The notes under the pieces are model-generated. The model saw nothing but the letters and a program-made list of their open reading frames with translations. It did no database searches and was not told the origin of the DNA. A stretch of DNA of 37,500 nt. Origin: Patescibacteria group bacterium (GTDB taxonomy: Bacteria > Patescibacteriota > Patescibacteriia > Patescibacteriales > JAQTRU01). Location: positions 1-37,500 of the forward strand of contig JBAZOD010000002.1 in the NCBI GenBank assembly GCA_041648955.1. Direction: 5' to 3'. The position numbers and the translations under genes are program-made. Of this stretch, positions 24,764-33,450 are shown one piece after another. Position 1 is the stretch's first letter. Each line of letters opens with the position of its first letter.

Positions 24764-26266
24764 TTATTCTATTTTTTTGACTACTCCTTTTTTTAAATCT
24801 ATCTCTACCTCGTCGCCGTTTTTGAAAGAATAGGTAGCGACTTTTGTCCCTGTTATACAGGGTTTGTTCATTTCCCTGGCAACGATAGCGGCGTGACAGG
24901 CCATTCCGCCTTCGTTGGTAATAATAGCCTTAGCTTTGTGCATCAGGGGAACAAATTCAACCCTAGTCATACTGGTAATTAAAATTTCTCCGTCCAAAAA
25001 TTTTTCTTTTTCCGGATTATTTATAATTCTCACTCTTCCTCTGACAATCGAATTATCACCAACGCTCGCCACTGTTCCCTTTACTTCTTCGCTAAAATTT
25101 TTTGGCGCTACTATTTCTAGCAGTCCTCTTGCTTCTTCTCCAAAAAACATCTTTACTGGTTTATTTTTTTCATAGGCAAAAAATACTTCTTTCTGTCTCC
25201 GCGCTATTTCACCTTTTTTCAACCTCTCTCCTTTTTCTAAGAGATTAAAAATATCCCTCAAAGTATAAAATGATATTTCTCTATAATCCATTTTAAAACT
25301 TTTTGCTATATCTTCGGCCATTATGAAAAAATAATAAAATATGCTCATCATGACCATCTTCCGAAAATCAACCAGACTGAAAATCTTTTGAGAGAAAAGT
25401 GTTTCTTTTTTATCTAAAAGCGAAAAACTCATTTTTCCAAGAAGTTTCTGACGTTCAACCTCTATGCCTTTTATTTTTTTACGATTGCTTCTCAATTCCC
25501 TCATTATTCCTGTTAAACCTGTTTTTTTAATTTCATCTTTTGCTCTCCTTGTTATAGATCCATTCGAAATTTTTCCTGCTCCAAAAAAAGTCGAAGCGAA
25601 CCAAAAATACTTCTCTCGATAATTTGCCAGTAATTTAAGAATACTTTTAGATTGTCTATTTTTTTCTTCTTGTTTTGCGATCTCTAAACAAATATTCAAA
25701 AAATCTTTTCTTTCGCTATTATAAATAGCGGACTCCTTTGGATGAGCTAAAACATTTATTACTCTCTGCGCTTCCGACTCAGACAAATTATGTCGCGCTT
25801 GAAATTTTGGAACAACCATTCTGTTTATTACTTCTCCTTTATCCTCTAAGACACAGGCATATTTCCACCACATAACAGAGTACCTAATAAAATCCTTAAA
25901 AATTCTATTAAAATCTGCAGATATTTTATCCTCCTTAAGTTCTTTATATTCTTCCCAATTTTTATCAATCTTTTCTTTTAATTCTTCCTGACGACTACGA
26001 AACAAATCTAAACTTCTTGGATTTTTCATATACACCCGATAAATCTTATTAGAAATTTCAATATCTTTCTTTTGTATAATCTGATAAAAGGGTTTGAGAG
26101 TAGCTGTGTCTATATAGGAAAAAACATATTGATAGGTATATTCTGGGATAACGTGGCCATTCGTATATGACCCGAAACAAAAATCAAGCGCCAAGACGGA
26201 AGCGATGGCGTTTTGGATATCAAATTCGCTTTGGGCAAGGACTTTTTTTAACTGTTTTTTGTTCAT
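24764..26266 (-). CDS. Paralogue 2: unrecognised N-terminal region plus PEP-utilizer phosphohistidine domain
   Basis: C-terminal ILITSMTRVEFVPLMHKAKAIITNEGGMACHAAIVAREMNKPCITG. Contains the KYFW block. 2-nt gap to paralogue 1. Confidence 0.8.
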   Translation of the reverse strand: MNKKQLKKVLAQSEFDIQNAIASVLALDFCFGSYTNGHVIPEYTYQYVFSYIDTATLKPFYQIIQKKDIEISNKIYRVYMKNPRSLDLFRSRQEELKEKIDKNWEEYKELKEDKISADFNRIFKDFIRYSVMWWKYACVLEDKGEVINRMVVPKFQARHNLSESEAQRVINVLAHPKESAIYNSERKDFLNICLEIAKQEEKNRQSKSILKLLANYREKYFWFASTFFGAGKISNGSITRRAKDEIKKTGLTGIMRELRSNRKKIKGIEVERQKLLGKMSFSLLDKKETLFSQKIFSLVDFRKMVMMSIFYYFFIMAEDIAKSFKMDYREISFYTLRDIFNLLEKGERLKKGEIARRQKEVFFAYEKNKPVKMFFGEEARGLLEIVAPKNFSEEVKGTVASVGDNSIVRGRVRIINNPEKEKFLDGEILITSMTRVEFVPLMHKAKAIITNEGGMACHAAIVAREMNKPCITGTKVATYSFKNGDEVEIDLKKGVVKKIE

Positions 26267-26287
26267 AACTAAAAATATTCTAAATTA

Positions 26288-27859
26288 TCAATCTTTTATT
26301 TTTCTAACCCAGCCGTGATTAGCGTTTACTTCCACTAAATCTCCGTCTTTCAAGACTTTAGTGGCAATTTTAGTTCCAATAATGCAGGGGATGCCTAACT
26401 CACGTGCCACGATAGCAGCATGACAGGTAATTCCGCCCTCATCCGTAACTAAGGCACCGGCATTCTTTATGCCAACAATGTAATCTGGCCTAGTCATAAC
26501 TGCTACCAGAATATCTCCTTTTTCAACTTTACCAACCTCTTTAACGCTTTTTATTATTTTTACCCGCCCCCGGGCTTTGCCACTGGCGGCGGAAAGTCCG
26601 CGAAAATCATTAATTTCTCCCTGCTTTTTATCATTGGTAAAAATCTGCTTAATCGCCTTTTCTGCTTCTAGACCGGAATATATTTCGTAAAAATTATTTT
26701 TCTGGTAAATTAAAGACAATTTCTTCCGCTCCTCCAAATCCTTCGCGCGGAAAGTATTTTTTCCCTGAAGCAAATCCATAACTTCCCGGCTCGTTAAATA
26801 TTTCATCCCGTCAAGCGAATGTTTTGTCCGCTGGCCGATGATTTCAAGAAGTATGGAAGCGTAATGCGTAAAATGAAAGGTCATTTTCTTTCGTTCATCC
26901 TGCCAATGGGTAAAGTCTTCCGAAATTTCCAGTAAGTTTAAAAGAAAATTATCAGGCTTCAGCTGGGAGATTATTTTTTTCTTCTCCAATTTATTCAAAA
27001 ACGGCGTTTTTTTAATTCTAAACAGTTCTCTTTCCAAATTCACCGAGCTAGATATCAAGCTTTTAAGTTCTTTAATAAAATAATTTATGTCTAATATATT
27101 ATTATCGTAATAATTATTTTTTGACCAAAAATAATTTTTAGCATGGATTTCCAGGTGTTTTTTAAAAATAGGGGATAACGCGAGCTTGTTTTTAATTTTC
27201 GCGATTTCACTCGTAAAAAATTTTTTTAATTTTTTATCCTTTTTAATTTCAATCGCCAGTCTTATCAACGATAGCTCCGCCTCATTTATAAATGACTGGT
27301 GAACAGGCGCGGTGAGTTTGGAAAAAATAATTCCTCTGCCTTTATCAATTCCTCTTTTATCTAAAAAATCATTAATCTTTTTTTGCACGATTTCATCAGT
27401 CCCAAGGGCAAATCCATCGATAAGAGATGACGAGCTGATAGCGCGCCTATAAACTTCCGTGAATTTTGAATATAAATCGCCAAGTTCTCTTATAGTTATA
27501 ACTTCCAAATGTAATTTATCAATTTTTCGGCAATAATTTAAAAATCCTTTTTCATCCCCTCTCCATTGGCTAATTATTTTCTTCCCGATATTTTTACCGT
27601 TTTTAGCTTTCTTCAAAAATAAGCTCGTTACTCTTTCAATATCTTCCCTGTCTATATACCAATCAACCGTGTTATTTTTGAATATGCCGAAGTGGGAGGA
27701 AAAATTTCCTCCCTTCATTTTTCTTTTTTCTGGTCTCATTTCTCCTTCGCTAATCATCCAAATCAAATTTATACACCCATCAAAACGCTGGTTGTACCAT
27801 TTTTTATTTCTAATAACCTCTAAATTCTTTTTAATTAAATCTTTTTGATGCTCAATCAT
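26288..27859 (-). CDS. Paralogue 3: unrecognised N-terminal region plus PEP-utilizer phosphohistidine domain
   Basis: C-terminal ILVAVMTRPDYIVGIKNAGALVTDEGGITCHAAIVARELGIPCIIG. Contains the NYFW and WQDERK blocks. Confidence 0.8.
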   Translation of the reverse strand: MIEHQKDLIKKNLEVIRNKKWYNQRFDGCINLIWMISEGEMRPEKRKMKGGNFSSHFGIFKNNTVDWYIDREDIERVTSLFLKKAKNGKNIGKKIISQWRGDEKGFLNYCRKIDKLHLEVITIRELGDLYSKFTEVYRRAISSSSLIDGFALGTDEIVQKKINDFLDKRGIDKGRGIIFSKLTAPVHQSFINEAELSLIRLAIEIKKDKKLKKFFTSEIAKIKNKLALSPIFKKHLEIHAKNYFWSKNNYYDNNILDINYFIKELKSLISSSVNLERELFRIKKTPFLNKLEKKKIISQLKPDNFLLNLLEISEDFTHWQDERKKMTFHFTHYASILLEIIGQRTKHSLDGMKYLTSREVMDLLQGKNTFRAKDLEERKKLSLIYQKNNFYEIYSGLEAEKAIKQIFTNDKKQGEINDFRGLSAASGKARGRVKIIKSVKEVGKVEKGDILVAVMTRPDYIVGIKNAGALVTDEGGITCHAAIVARELGIPCIIGTKIATKVLKDGDLVEVNANHGWVRKIKD

Positions 27860-27860
27860 A

Positions 27861-29306
27861 TTATTTATTTAAAATCGTTATAACCCCCTTATTCGCGTCA
27901 ACATCAACTCTATCTCCATCTTTTAAGACCTTGGTAGAAATTTTAGTTCCGACAATGCAGGGAATATCAAGCTCGCGCGAAATAATCGCAGCGTGACAGG
28001 TTAAGCCCCCTTCATCGGTGATAATACCCCTCACTTTCTTTAAAATCGGCACGAATTCCGGTCTGGTCATGCTGGCGACCAAAATATCACCAGCTTTAAC
28101 TTTTTTTAAATCCATTATGCCCTTACAGACAACCACTCTGCCGATTGCTTTGCCCTTATTGGCGATTGTTCCTTTTAATTCACTTTTCAAATAATTTTTA
28201 TTCAAATTTTCTCTAAATTCCAATATTTTTTTATAATCGTTCCCGACCGCCGAGATTTCAGTATTTTTTTTCATTATAAAAAATACGCCATTTTTTCTTT
28301 CTCGCAATTCCGGCAAAATTTTTTTAAGAGAATGAATAGATAATTTTTTCCGCATATCAGCCGCGCTTAAATAATTTAGCGATTCCCTGTCTATTTTAAA
28401 CCGCCGGCTAATTTCATCAGCCACTAAATCAATATAATGGACGACTTTAATTGAATTGGCCTTCCGCTCATCCTGCCAAGTGCTCGCGAATTCAACTAAT
28501 TTAATAAGCTTCTTGCCCGCCGCATTCAAGCGCAACTCGAAAATTAATTTTTCTTTCTTTGCATTTGATATTAATTTATTTTGTCTGGGTTCAATTTTTA
28601 TTTTTTCCATTCTTTTTCTCAAAGACCTGATGGTAATTTCTTTCGGGCCAGCGTAGCTGTTTTGCACCCAAAAATATTTCTTCAAGTGTTTTTTTAGCGC
28701 TTCCTCTCTTTTTTCAACCGGCAACTTTTTTATTTCGAACAATGACTGCTCTTCCTGGGCGATAAATGACATTTCTAAAGGAGATGATAATAAGCTTATA
28801 AAATTATCCGCCTCTTTTTTATTTTTTATCTGCTTCGAGATCTCATTTCTAAAATCTTTTTCAATTTCCAGGCCGAACGGGTCAACAACATGAGCAATCC
28901 CCACGGCATCAATTTGTGCTATCGCGACTTTTTTAAATAAGCCGAACAACTCGTCTTCGCTGACTTTCTTTAAATCATAATTATTCAACTTTTCAAAAAA
29001 AATCTCATGTTCAAAAAAATTTTTTTCATATCTTATTTTCAACTTTTTTAAATAATCTGGATCCTTTTTTAATTCCAATTTTATTCTTTTAAAAACATCT
29101 TTTAAATCTTTTTTATAATAATACATTTCTCCGTAATCGCCCTTGTAATTGAACAAAAAAATCGTATAACCAAAGCCTAAAATTTTGCGAATTTTAAAAC
29201 CGCTATAGGCCGCGTGATTCAGATATGTTGGCAAAGCGCTAAAACCTTGGACAAACCAGTCGCGCGCTAATTCTTTTCTAAATTGATTTAAAATATCCAT
29301 ATCCAT
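27861..29306 (-). CDS. Paralogue 4: unrecognised N-terminal region plus PEP-utilizer phosphohistidine domain
   Basis: C-terminal ILVASMTRPEFVPILKKVRGIITDEGGLTCHAAIISRELDIPCIVG. Contains the KYFW and WQDERK blocks. 1-nt gap to paralogue 3. Confidence 0.8.
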   Translation of the reverse strand: MDMDILNQFRKELARDWFVQGFSALPTYLNHAAYSGFKIRKILGFGYTIFLFNYKGDYGEMYYYKKDLKDVFKRIKLELKKDPDYLKKLKIRYEKNFFEHEIFFEKLNNYDLKKVSEDELFGLFKKVAIAQIDAVGIAHVVDPFGLEIEKDFRNEISKQIKNKKEADNFISLLSSPLEMSFIAQEEQSLFEIKKLPVEKREEALKKHLKKYFWVQNSYAGPKEITIRSLRKRMEKIKIEPRQNKLISNAKKEKLIFELRLNAAGKKLIKLVEFASTWQDERKANSIKVVHYIDLVADEISRRFKIDRESLNYLSAADMRKKLSIHSLKKILPELRERKNGVFFIMKKNTEISAVGNDYKKILEFRENLNKNYLKSELKGTIANKGKAIGRVVVCKGIMDLKKVKAGDILVASMTRPEFVPILKKVRGIITDEGGLTCHAAIISRELDIPCIVGTKISTKVLKDGDRVDVDANKGVITILNK

Positions 29307-29310
29307 TTTT

Positions 29311-30744
29311 TTACAAAATTTTAATTACACCCTTATTTGCATCCACCTCCACCAAATCGCCATTTTTCAGCACCTGCGTCGCAATTTTTGTCCCAACAAC
29401 ACAGGGAATTCCCAGCTCACGCGAAATAATTGCGGCGTGGCAGGTGATTCCGCCCTCGTCAGTAATTATTGCCTTAGCTTTTTTCATCGCCGTTACATAA
29501 TCTGGCAATGTCATTGGACAAACAAGAATATCTCCTTTTTTTATTTTTTTTAAAGCCTCTTCAGCTCCGTTACATATCTTAACTTTTCCAAATACTTTTC
29601 CGAGCGAAGCTCCCACTCCCTTTAAATCTTTAATCTTATTTTCTTTATATACTATTTCATGGTTAGCAAATTTAATAGCCTTTTCACCACTTAATAATTT
29701 ATAGCCTTTTTTATCAACTAAAACCAAAACTGCTTTTTTCCGCCTAACAATTTCCTTTTTATCTAAACGTGCTCTGGCTAAAATTAATTTTATCTCATTT
29801 CTGTTTAACCACTCCAAATCATTCCAATCCAATTTAACGCGCCGAGCCACTTCTCTTAATATTAAATTACCGGCATAAACGGTTTTAACTTGCATTTCCT
29901 TACGAAGATCATGCAAATAAAAAAACTTCTCCATTACATCAAGCCAACCACGGAATTCTTTTGAAAAATCATATTTTTTTATAATTGCTCTTCGCAATTT
30001 TATATTCTCTTGAACACGACTATTTAATTTTAAATATTTTCCCTTTAAGTCTCGAGCTTTTCTTAATTTTAAGATTTTGTTATTAAAAAATTTCTTGGAA
30101 TAAGGGAGAATAGTTTCCCAACCAAGCCTGGTCCACCAAAATTTTTTAAAAACTTTATTTATTTCTTTCTCAATCTCCGTTCTGCTTAAAGCAGCTCTCA
30201 CCATCGCCAATTCCTGTTGATTGATGTATGAACGGTAAATAGGTCTAGAAATATTTTCATAAAGTTTATAAAAATCTTCTTCAGAAAAAAAAGCGGGTAA
30301 TTCTTCTCGCAATTTATCTTGCAAAAATTTTTCGAATACAATGTCTATGGAATCAACTTCCGTTGTCATCACAACATGCGCGCACGATCCCTCTTCAAAT
30401 AAATAATCCAATAAATTTCTTAATTCTCTATCAGACAATTTTTTTAAATCAATTTTTTTTATTTTTTCAGCTGCCAATATCGCTCTCCTGGCGTAGCTCT
30501 TTATCGTTTTAAAATATTTTTCTACTCCACCCTTACTACTACAAATTTTAATAATTTCATCACCAAGATTTTTAATTTCTCTTTTATTCCATGACCAAAA
30601 AAGTACGGGCCCATTATTAAAATAAAAAACCGCTGAAAAATTCGTTGGTAATAATTTCCGGATTGATTTTTGATTTATTTCTTCCATTATTAAAGATACC
30701 CTAAATAACGGAATTGTGCCTCTTTTATAAACTTCCCATTTCAT
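29311..30744 (-). CDS. Paralogue 5: unrecognised N-terminal region plus PEP-utilizer phosphohistidine domain
   Basis: C-terminal ILVCPMTLPDYVTAMKKAKAIITDEGGITCHAAIISRELGIPCVVG. Contains the KFWW block. First gene of the minus-strand array. Confidence 0.8.
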   Translation of the reverse strand: MKWEVYKRGTIPLFRVSLIMEEINQKSIRKLLPTNFSAVFYFNNGPVLFWSWNKREIKNLGDEIIKICSSKGGVEKYFKTIKSYARRAILAAEKIKKIDLKKLSDRELRNLLDYLFEEGSCAHVVMTTEVDSIDIVFEKFLQDKLREELPAFFSEEDFYKLYENISRPIYRSYINQQELAMVRAALSRTEIEKEINKVFKKFWWTRLGWETILPYSKKFFNNKILKLRKARDLKGKYLKLNSRVQENIKLRRAIIKKYDFSKEFRGWLDVMEKFFYLHDLRKEMQVKTVYAGNLILREVARRVKLDWNDLEWLNRNEIKLILARARLDKKEIVRRKKAVLVLVDKKGYKLLSGEKAIKFANHEIVYKENKIKDLKGVGASLGKVFGKVKICNGAEEALKKIKKGDILVCPMTLPDYVTAMKKAKAIITDEGGITCHAAIISRELGIPCVVGTKIATQVLKNGDLVEVDANKGVIKIL

Positions 30745-30820
30745 AAAATTATTCTAATATTTATCTATATTTTCTCCCTTTTTTCACTATTTGTAAATAT
30801 ACAATCCAATTATCAATCGC

Positions 30821-30849
30821 TTGACTTCTCTCAACTATTAGGTTAATAT
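30821..30849 (+). promoter_or_regulatory. Sigma70-like promoter upstream of rpsP
   Basis: TTGACT (30821-30826), 17 bp spacer, TAATAT (30844-30849). Confidence 0.4.
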
Positions 30850-30923
30850 CAAGTTATTGAATTAAATAATAAAAAGGCGGTATTATGCGACGCTCTCCAT
30901 AGAACCGCGGGAATTCTTAAATT

Positions 30924-31307
30924 ATGCTAACAATAAGATTATCAAGAATCGGTAAGAAAAATAAGCCGATGTACCGTTTAACGGTTTCAGAAAAATCAAA
31001 AGACTTATATGGCCGCTCCCTTGAAATATTAGGGTCATATAACCCGCACAGTAAGGAATTACAAGCAAAAACCGATAGAATACAATATTGGATAAGCAAG
31101 GGCGCCGGCACTTCACCAACTGTTAATAACCTGCTTATAGAAAAAGGGATAATTAAGGGAGATAAAATCAAGGCTTCTATAGCTAGAGTAAGCAAAAAAG
31201 CGCCGAAAAAACAGCCAGCTGCTCCTGCGGCTCCGGCAGAACCGACACCAAGTGAAGTGAAAGAAACTGAACCTAAAGTAGAAGAAACCGCCGAAAAAAC
31301 AGAGTAA
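30924..31307 (+). CDS. rpsP: 30S ribosomal protein S16 with Pro/Ala/Glu-rich C-terminal extension
   Basis: MLTIRLSRIGKKNKPMYRLTV...GSYNP...RIQYWISKGAGTSPTV aligns to S16. About 45 extra residues follow (KKAPKKQPAAPAAPAEPTPSEVKETEPKVEETAEKTE). Confidence 0.9.
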   Translation: MLTIRLSRIGKKNKPMYRLTVSEKSKDLYGRSLEILGSYNPHSKELQAKTDRIQYWISKGAGTSPTVNNLLIEKGIIKGDKIKASIARVSKKAPKKQPAAPAAPAEPTPSEVKETEPKVEETAEKTE

Positions 31308-31332
31308 TTTGATTTACTCTTGACCCCACTTC

Positions 31333-31350
31333 GTCCCGAGGCTTCGGGAC
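31333..31350. repeat. GC-rich hairpin gtcccga-ggct-tcgggac (family copy 1)
   Basis: Same 7-bp stem as 37356-37373, with a different loop (ggct versus cgct). Embedded in cccc...gggg flanks just after the rpsP stop. Confidence 0.6.
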
Positions 31351-31431
31351 TTCGAGGGGCGAGATGGAGTAGCTCAGAAACTGAAATTTTAAACCAAATT
31401 TTTACAATTTAACCCATGAATACGGTTACTC

Positions 31432-31459
31432 TTGACAAATATCTGTAATGTGTTATAAT
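31432..31459 (+). promoter_or_regulatory. Near-consensus sigma70 promoter with extended -10 upstream of the KH-protein gene
   Basis: TTGACA (31432-31437), 16 bp spacer, tgt-TATAAT (31454-31459). Confidence 0.5.
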
Positions 31460-31574
31460 ATATAAATACACCCTGCTAAGCTTAAATAAGGCAAGGTACT
31501 AATTAATAACGAGCTCTTTCAAATCTGACCGATGGAAAATAAATATCAGTCAATTTGGAAGAAAAGAAAAAACT

Positions 31575-31907
31575 ATGGCGAAAGCTGAATTTGACAAAGA
31601 ATTCTTGGAAGGAATCGTAAAAGCCATTGTCTCCAACCCTGATAAGGTATCAGTGGACAGAACAGTGGACGAAATGGGCGTTCTTTTGACCCTTAAAGTT
31701 GACCCGTCTGATATGGGTTACGTAATTGGTCGAAAAGGACAAACCGCTCAAGCAGTCAGAACTTTATTGAAGATTGTCGGAGCCAAAAACAACGCTAGGG
31801 TCAATTTAAAAATCTATGACCCAGAAGGAGCTCAAAGATCAGGCGGCAGAATGGAATCTCGCCCAACTGACATCGACACTTCTTCTGTTGATGATTTAAA
31901 AATCTAA
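31575..31907 (+). CDS. KH-domain RNA-binding protein (YlqC/UPF0109-like) with C-terminal extension
   Basis: LEGIVKAIVSNPDKVSV...LTLKVDPSDMGYVIGRKGQTAQAVRTLLK...V.LKI. It occupies the conserved position after rpsP. Confidence 0.85.
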   Translation: MAKAEFDKEFLEGIVKAIVSNPDKVSVDRTVDEMGVLLTLKVDPSDMGYVIGRKGQTAQAVRTLLKIVGAKNNARVNLKIYDPEGAQRSGGRMESRPTDIDTSSVDDLKI

Positions 31908-31927
31908 AACAAATCAGATAGAAAAAC

Positions 31928-31960
31928 AAAAAACCACAACTTCTTAGTTAGTGGTTTTTT
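31928..31960 (+). terminator. Rho-independent terminator after the KH gene
   Basis: aaaaaaccac-N13-gtggtttttt. Confidence 0.55.
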
Positions 31961-32005
31961 GTTTTATTTAGTATAATATAATCATCTTATAAATCTATAA
32001 TTAAT

Positions 32006-32665
32006 ATGAATTTTCACATTATCACAATTTTTCCGGAAATATTCAAATCATACTTTTCTGAAAGTATCCTTGGGCGAGCGCAAAAAGAAAATATCATAAA
32101 GATAAAAATCTATGATTTGCGCCAATGGGCAAATGACAAACGTAGAACTATTGATGATACTCCTTATGGCGGCGGCGCCGGCATGATAATGAAAGTTGAA
32201 CCGCTATATAAAGCCTTGCAATCCATCAAAACTAAAAATAAAAAAATAATTCTACTTTCAGCCAAGGGAAAAAGATGGAACCAATCTTTTGCAAAAAAAT
32301 ATTCAGGAATCAAAGATGTCGTCTTAATTTGCGGACGCTATGAAGGAATTGATGAGAGAATAAAAAAATTCGTTGACGAGGAAATTTCTATCGGCGACTA
32401 TGTTCTTACGGGCGGAGAAATACCGGCTATGGCAATTGTTGATTCTGTCACCAGGCTATTGCCTGGCGTCCTTGGCAATGCCCAAAGTTCGATAGAGGAA
32501 TCGCACTCTACGCCGGGAATTTTGGAATATCCTCAATATACCAAACCAGAAACGTTTATAGTTAAAAATAAGAAATATAAAGTCCCCAAAATACTCCTCT
32601 CTGGCCACCATCAAAAAATAAAACAATGGCGGGAGAAAAAACAAAAAAAGATATTACCACTGTAA
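32006..32665 (+). CDS. trmD: tRNA (guanine37-N1)-methyltransferase
   Basis: IITIFPEIF...[14 protein letters not shown]...[13 protein letters not shown]...[17 protein letters not shown]...GHH..I..WR are canonical TrmD motifs. Confidence 0.95.
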   Translation: MNFHIITIFPEIFKSYFSESILGRAQKENIIKIKIYDLRQWANDKRRTIDDTPYGGGAGMIMKVEPLYKALQSIKTKNKKIILLSAKGKRWNQSFAKKYSGIKDVVLICGRYEGIDERIKKFVDEEISIGDYVLTGGEIPAMAIVDSVTRLLPGVLGNAQSSIEESHSTPGILEYPQYTKPETFIVKNKKYKVPKILLSGHHQKIKQWREKKQKKILPL

Positions 32666-32680
32666 AAAATTTAAAATAAA

Positions 32681-32708
32681 AAAGGCGCGTCCATTGGGTG
32701 CGCCTTTT
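32681..32708. terminator. Bidirectional terminator between convergent trmD and the FGase-like gene
   Basis: aaaggcgc-gtccattgggt-gcgcctttt followed by a further T-run. Confidence 0.6.
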
Positions 32709-32715
32709 CTTTTTT

Positions 32716-33435
32716 TTAGATTACTGGCGGAAAATTATTTTTTATAAACTCCGCCAAATCACAAGATAACTTTTTGCCTTCTTCTTCTCCTCCTTTAGTT
32801 CTAAAATGTCTCGCTATCTCAATCTGGATGGCGTCGATTCCGAATTCTTCCGAATAACGGCAGACTGTAAATCCGCCATTATAATGGCTACAATTTTTAT
32901 CAGGAGTATCTTCTTCTGGCAAAAAAACCCGATAACCTCTTTCTCTTAAAAATACTGCCAACTTAAAATCGATGTCAGTTTTAACCGTAGCGCGATTCTT
33001 GGTACCGAGAATAATATCAAATTCTTCCGCAAACGGCTGCCGGCTGAATCCATGCAAATCCAAAAGAAGAGGGCTGGCATCAGATTCTCTTATCATTCTA
33101 ATAAAAGAAAAAATCGCTTCATGATAAGAATGATGCGAAGAGACCAACTTATTGTCAACTTCAGGAAGACGATTATAATCCACTAAAAACCGGGGAAATA
33201 AACCGCGTATCGCATAAACTCCAGCTTCCGCTAAAACATCTTTGGCAATCCGCCAAACATATTTATCGCTGCCGAATTCAACCGTCTTTCTCTCTGGCCA
33301 AAATCCAAAAAAATCTCCGGGCGACAAACCATCATGAGAAATCGTTATAATAACATTAGCATCTCCCATTGGCTCAAAAATCAAAACTTGATTTTCAGAA
33401 AAAACTCTGTAGCCGATACCTGTTTCAAAGAACAT
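32716..33435 (-). CDS. N-formylglutamate amidohydrolase-family protein
   Basis: ITISHDG, LLLDLHGF, YNGGFTV and AIQIEIARHF resemble the FGase-family pattern as I recall it. Confidence 0.6.
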   Translation of the reverse strand: MFFETGIGYRVFSENQVLIFEPMGDANVIITISHDGLSPGDFFGFWPERKTVEFGSDKYVWRIAKDVLAEAGVYAIRGLFPRFLVDYNRLPEVDNKLVSSHHSYHEAIFSFIRMIRESDASPLLLDLHGFSRQPFAEEFDIILGTKNRATVKTDIDFKLAVFLRERGYRVFLPEEDTPDKNCSHYNGGFTVCRYSEEFGIDAIQIEIARHFRTKGGEEEGKKLSCDLAEFIKNNFPPVI

Positions 33436-33450
33436 TTTTTCCTCCCCATT

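Noticed and set aside
23265-30744. The idea that the five swivel-domain genes are fragments or pseudogenes of a decayed ppsA
   Set aside because: Each is a full-length intact ORF of similar size with an intact catalytic-His motif. They share homologous N-terminal regions that are not ATP-grasp sequence, and they are tightly packed as an operon. That pattern indicates maintained paralogues, not decay.
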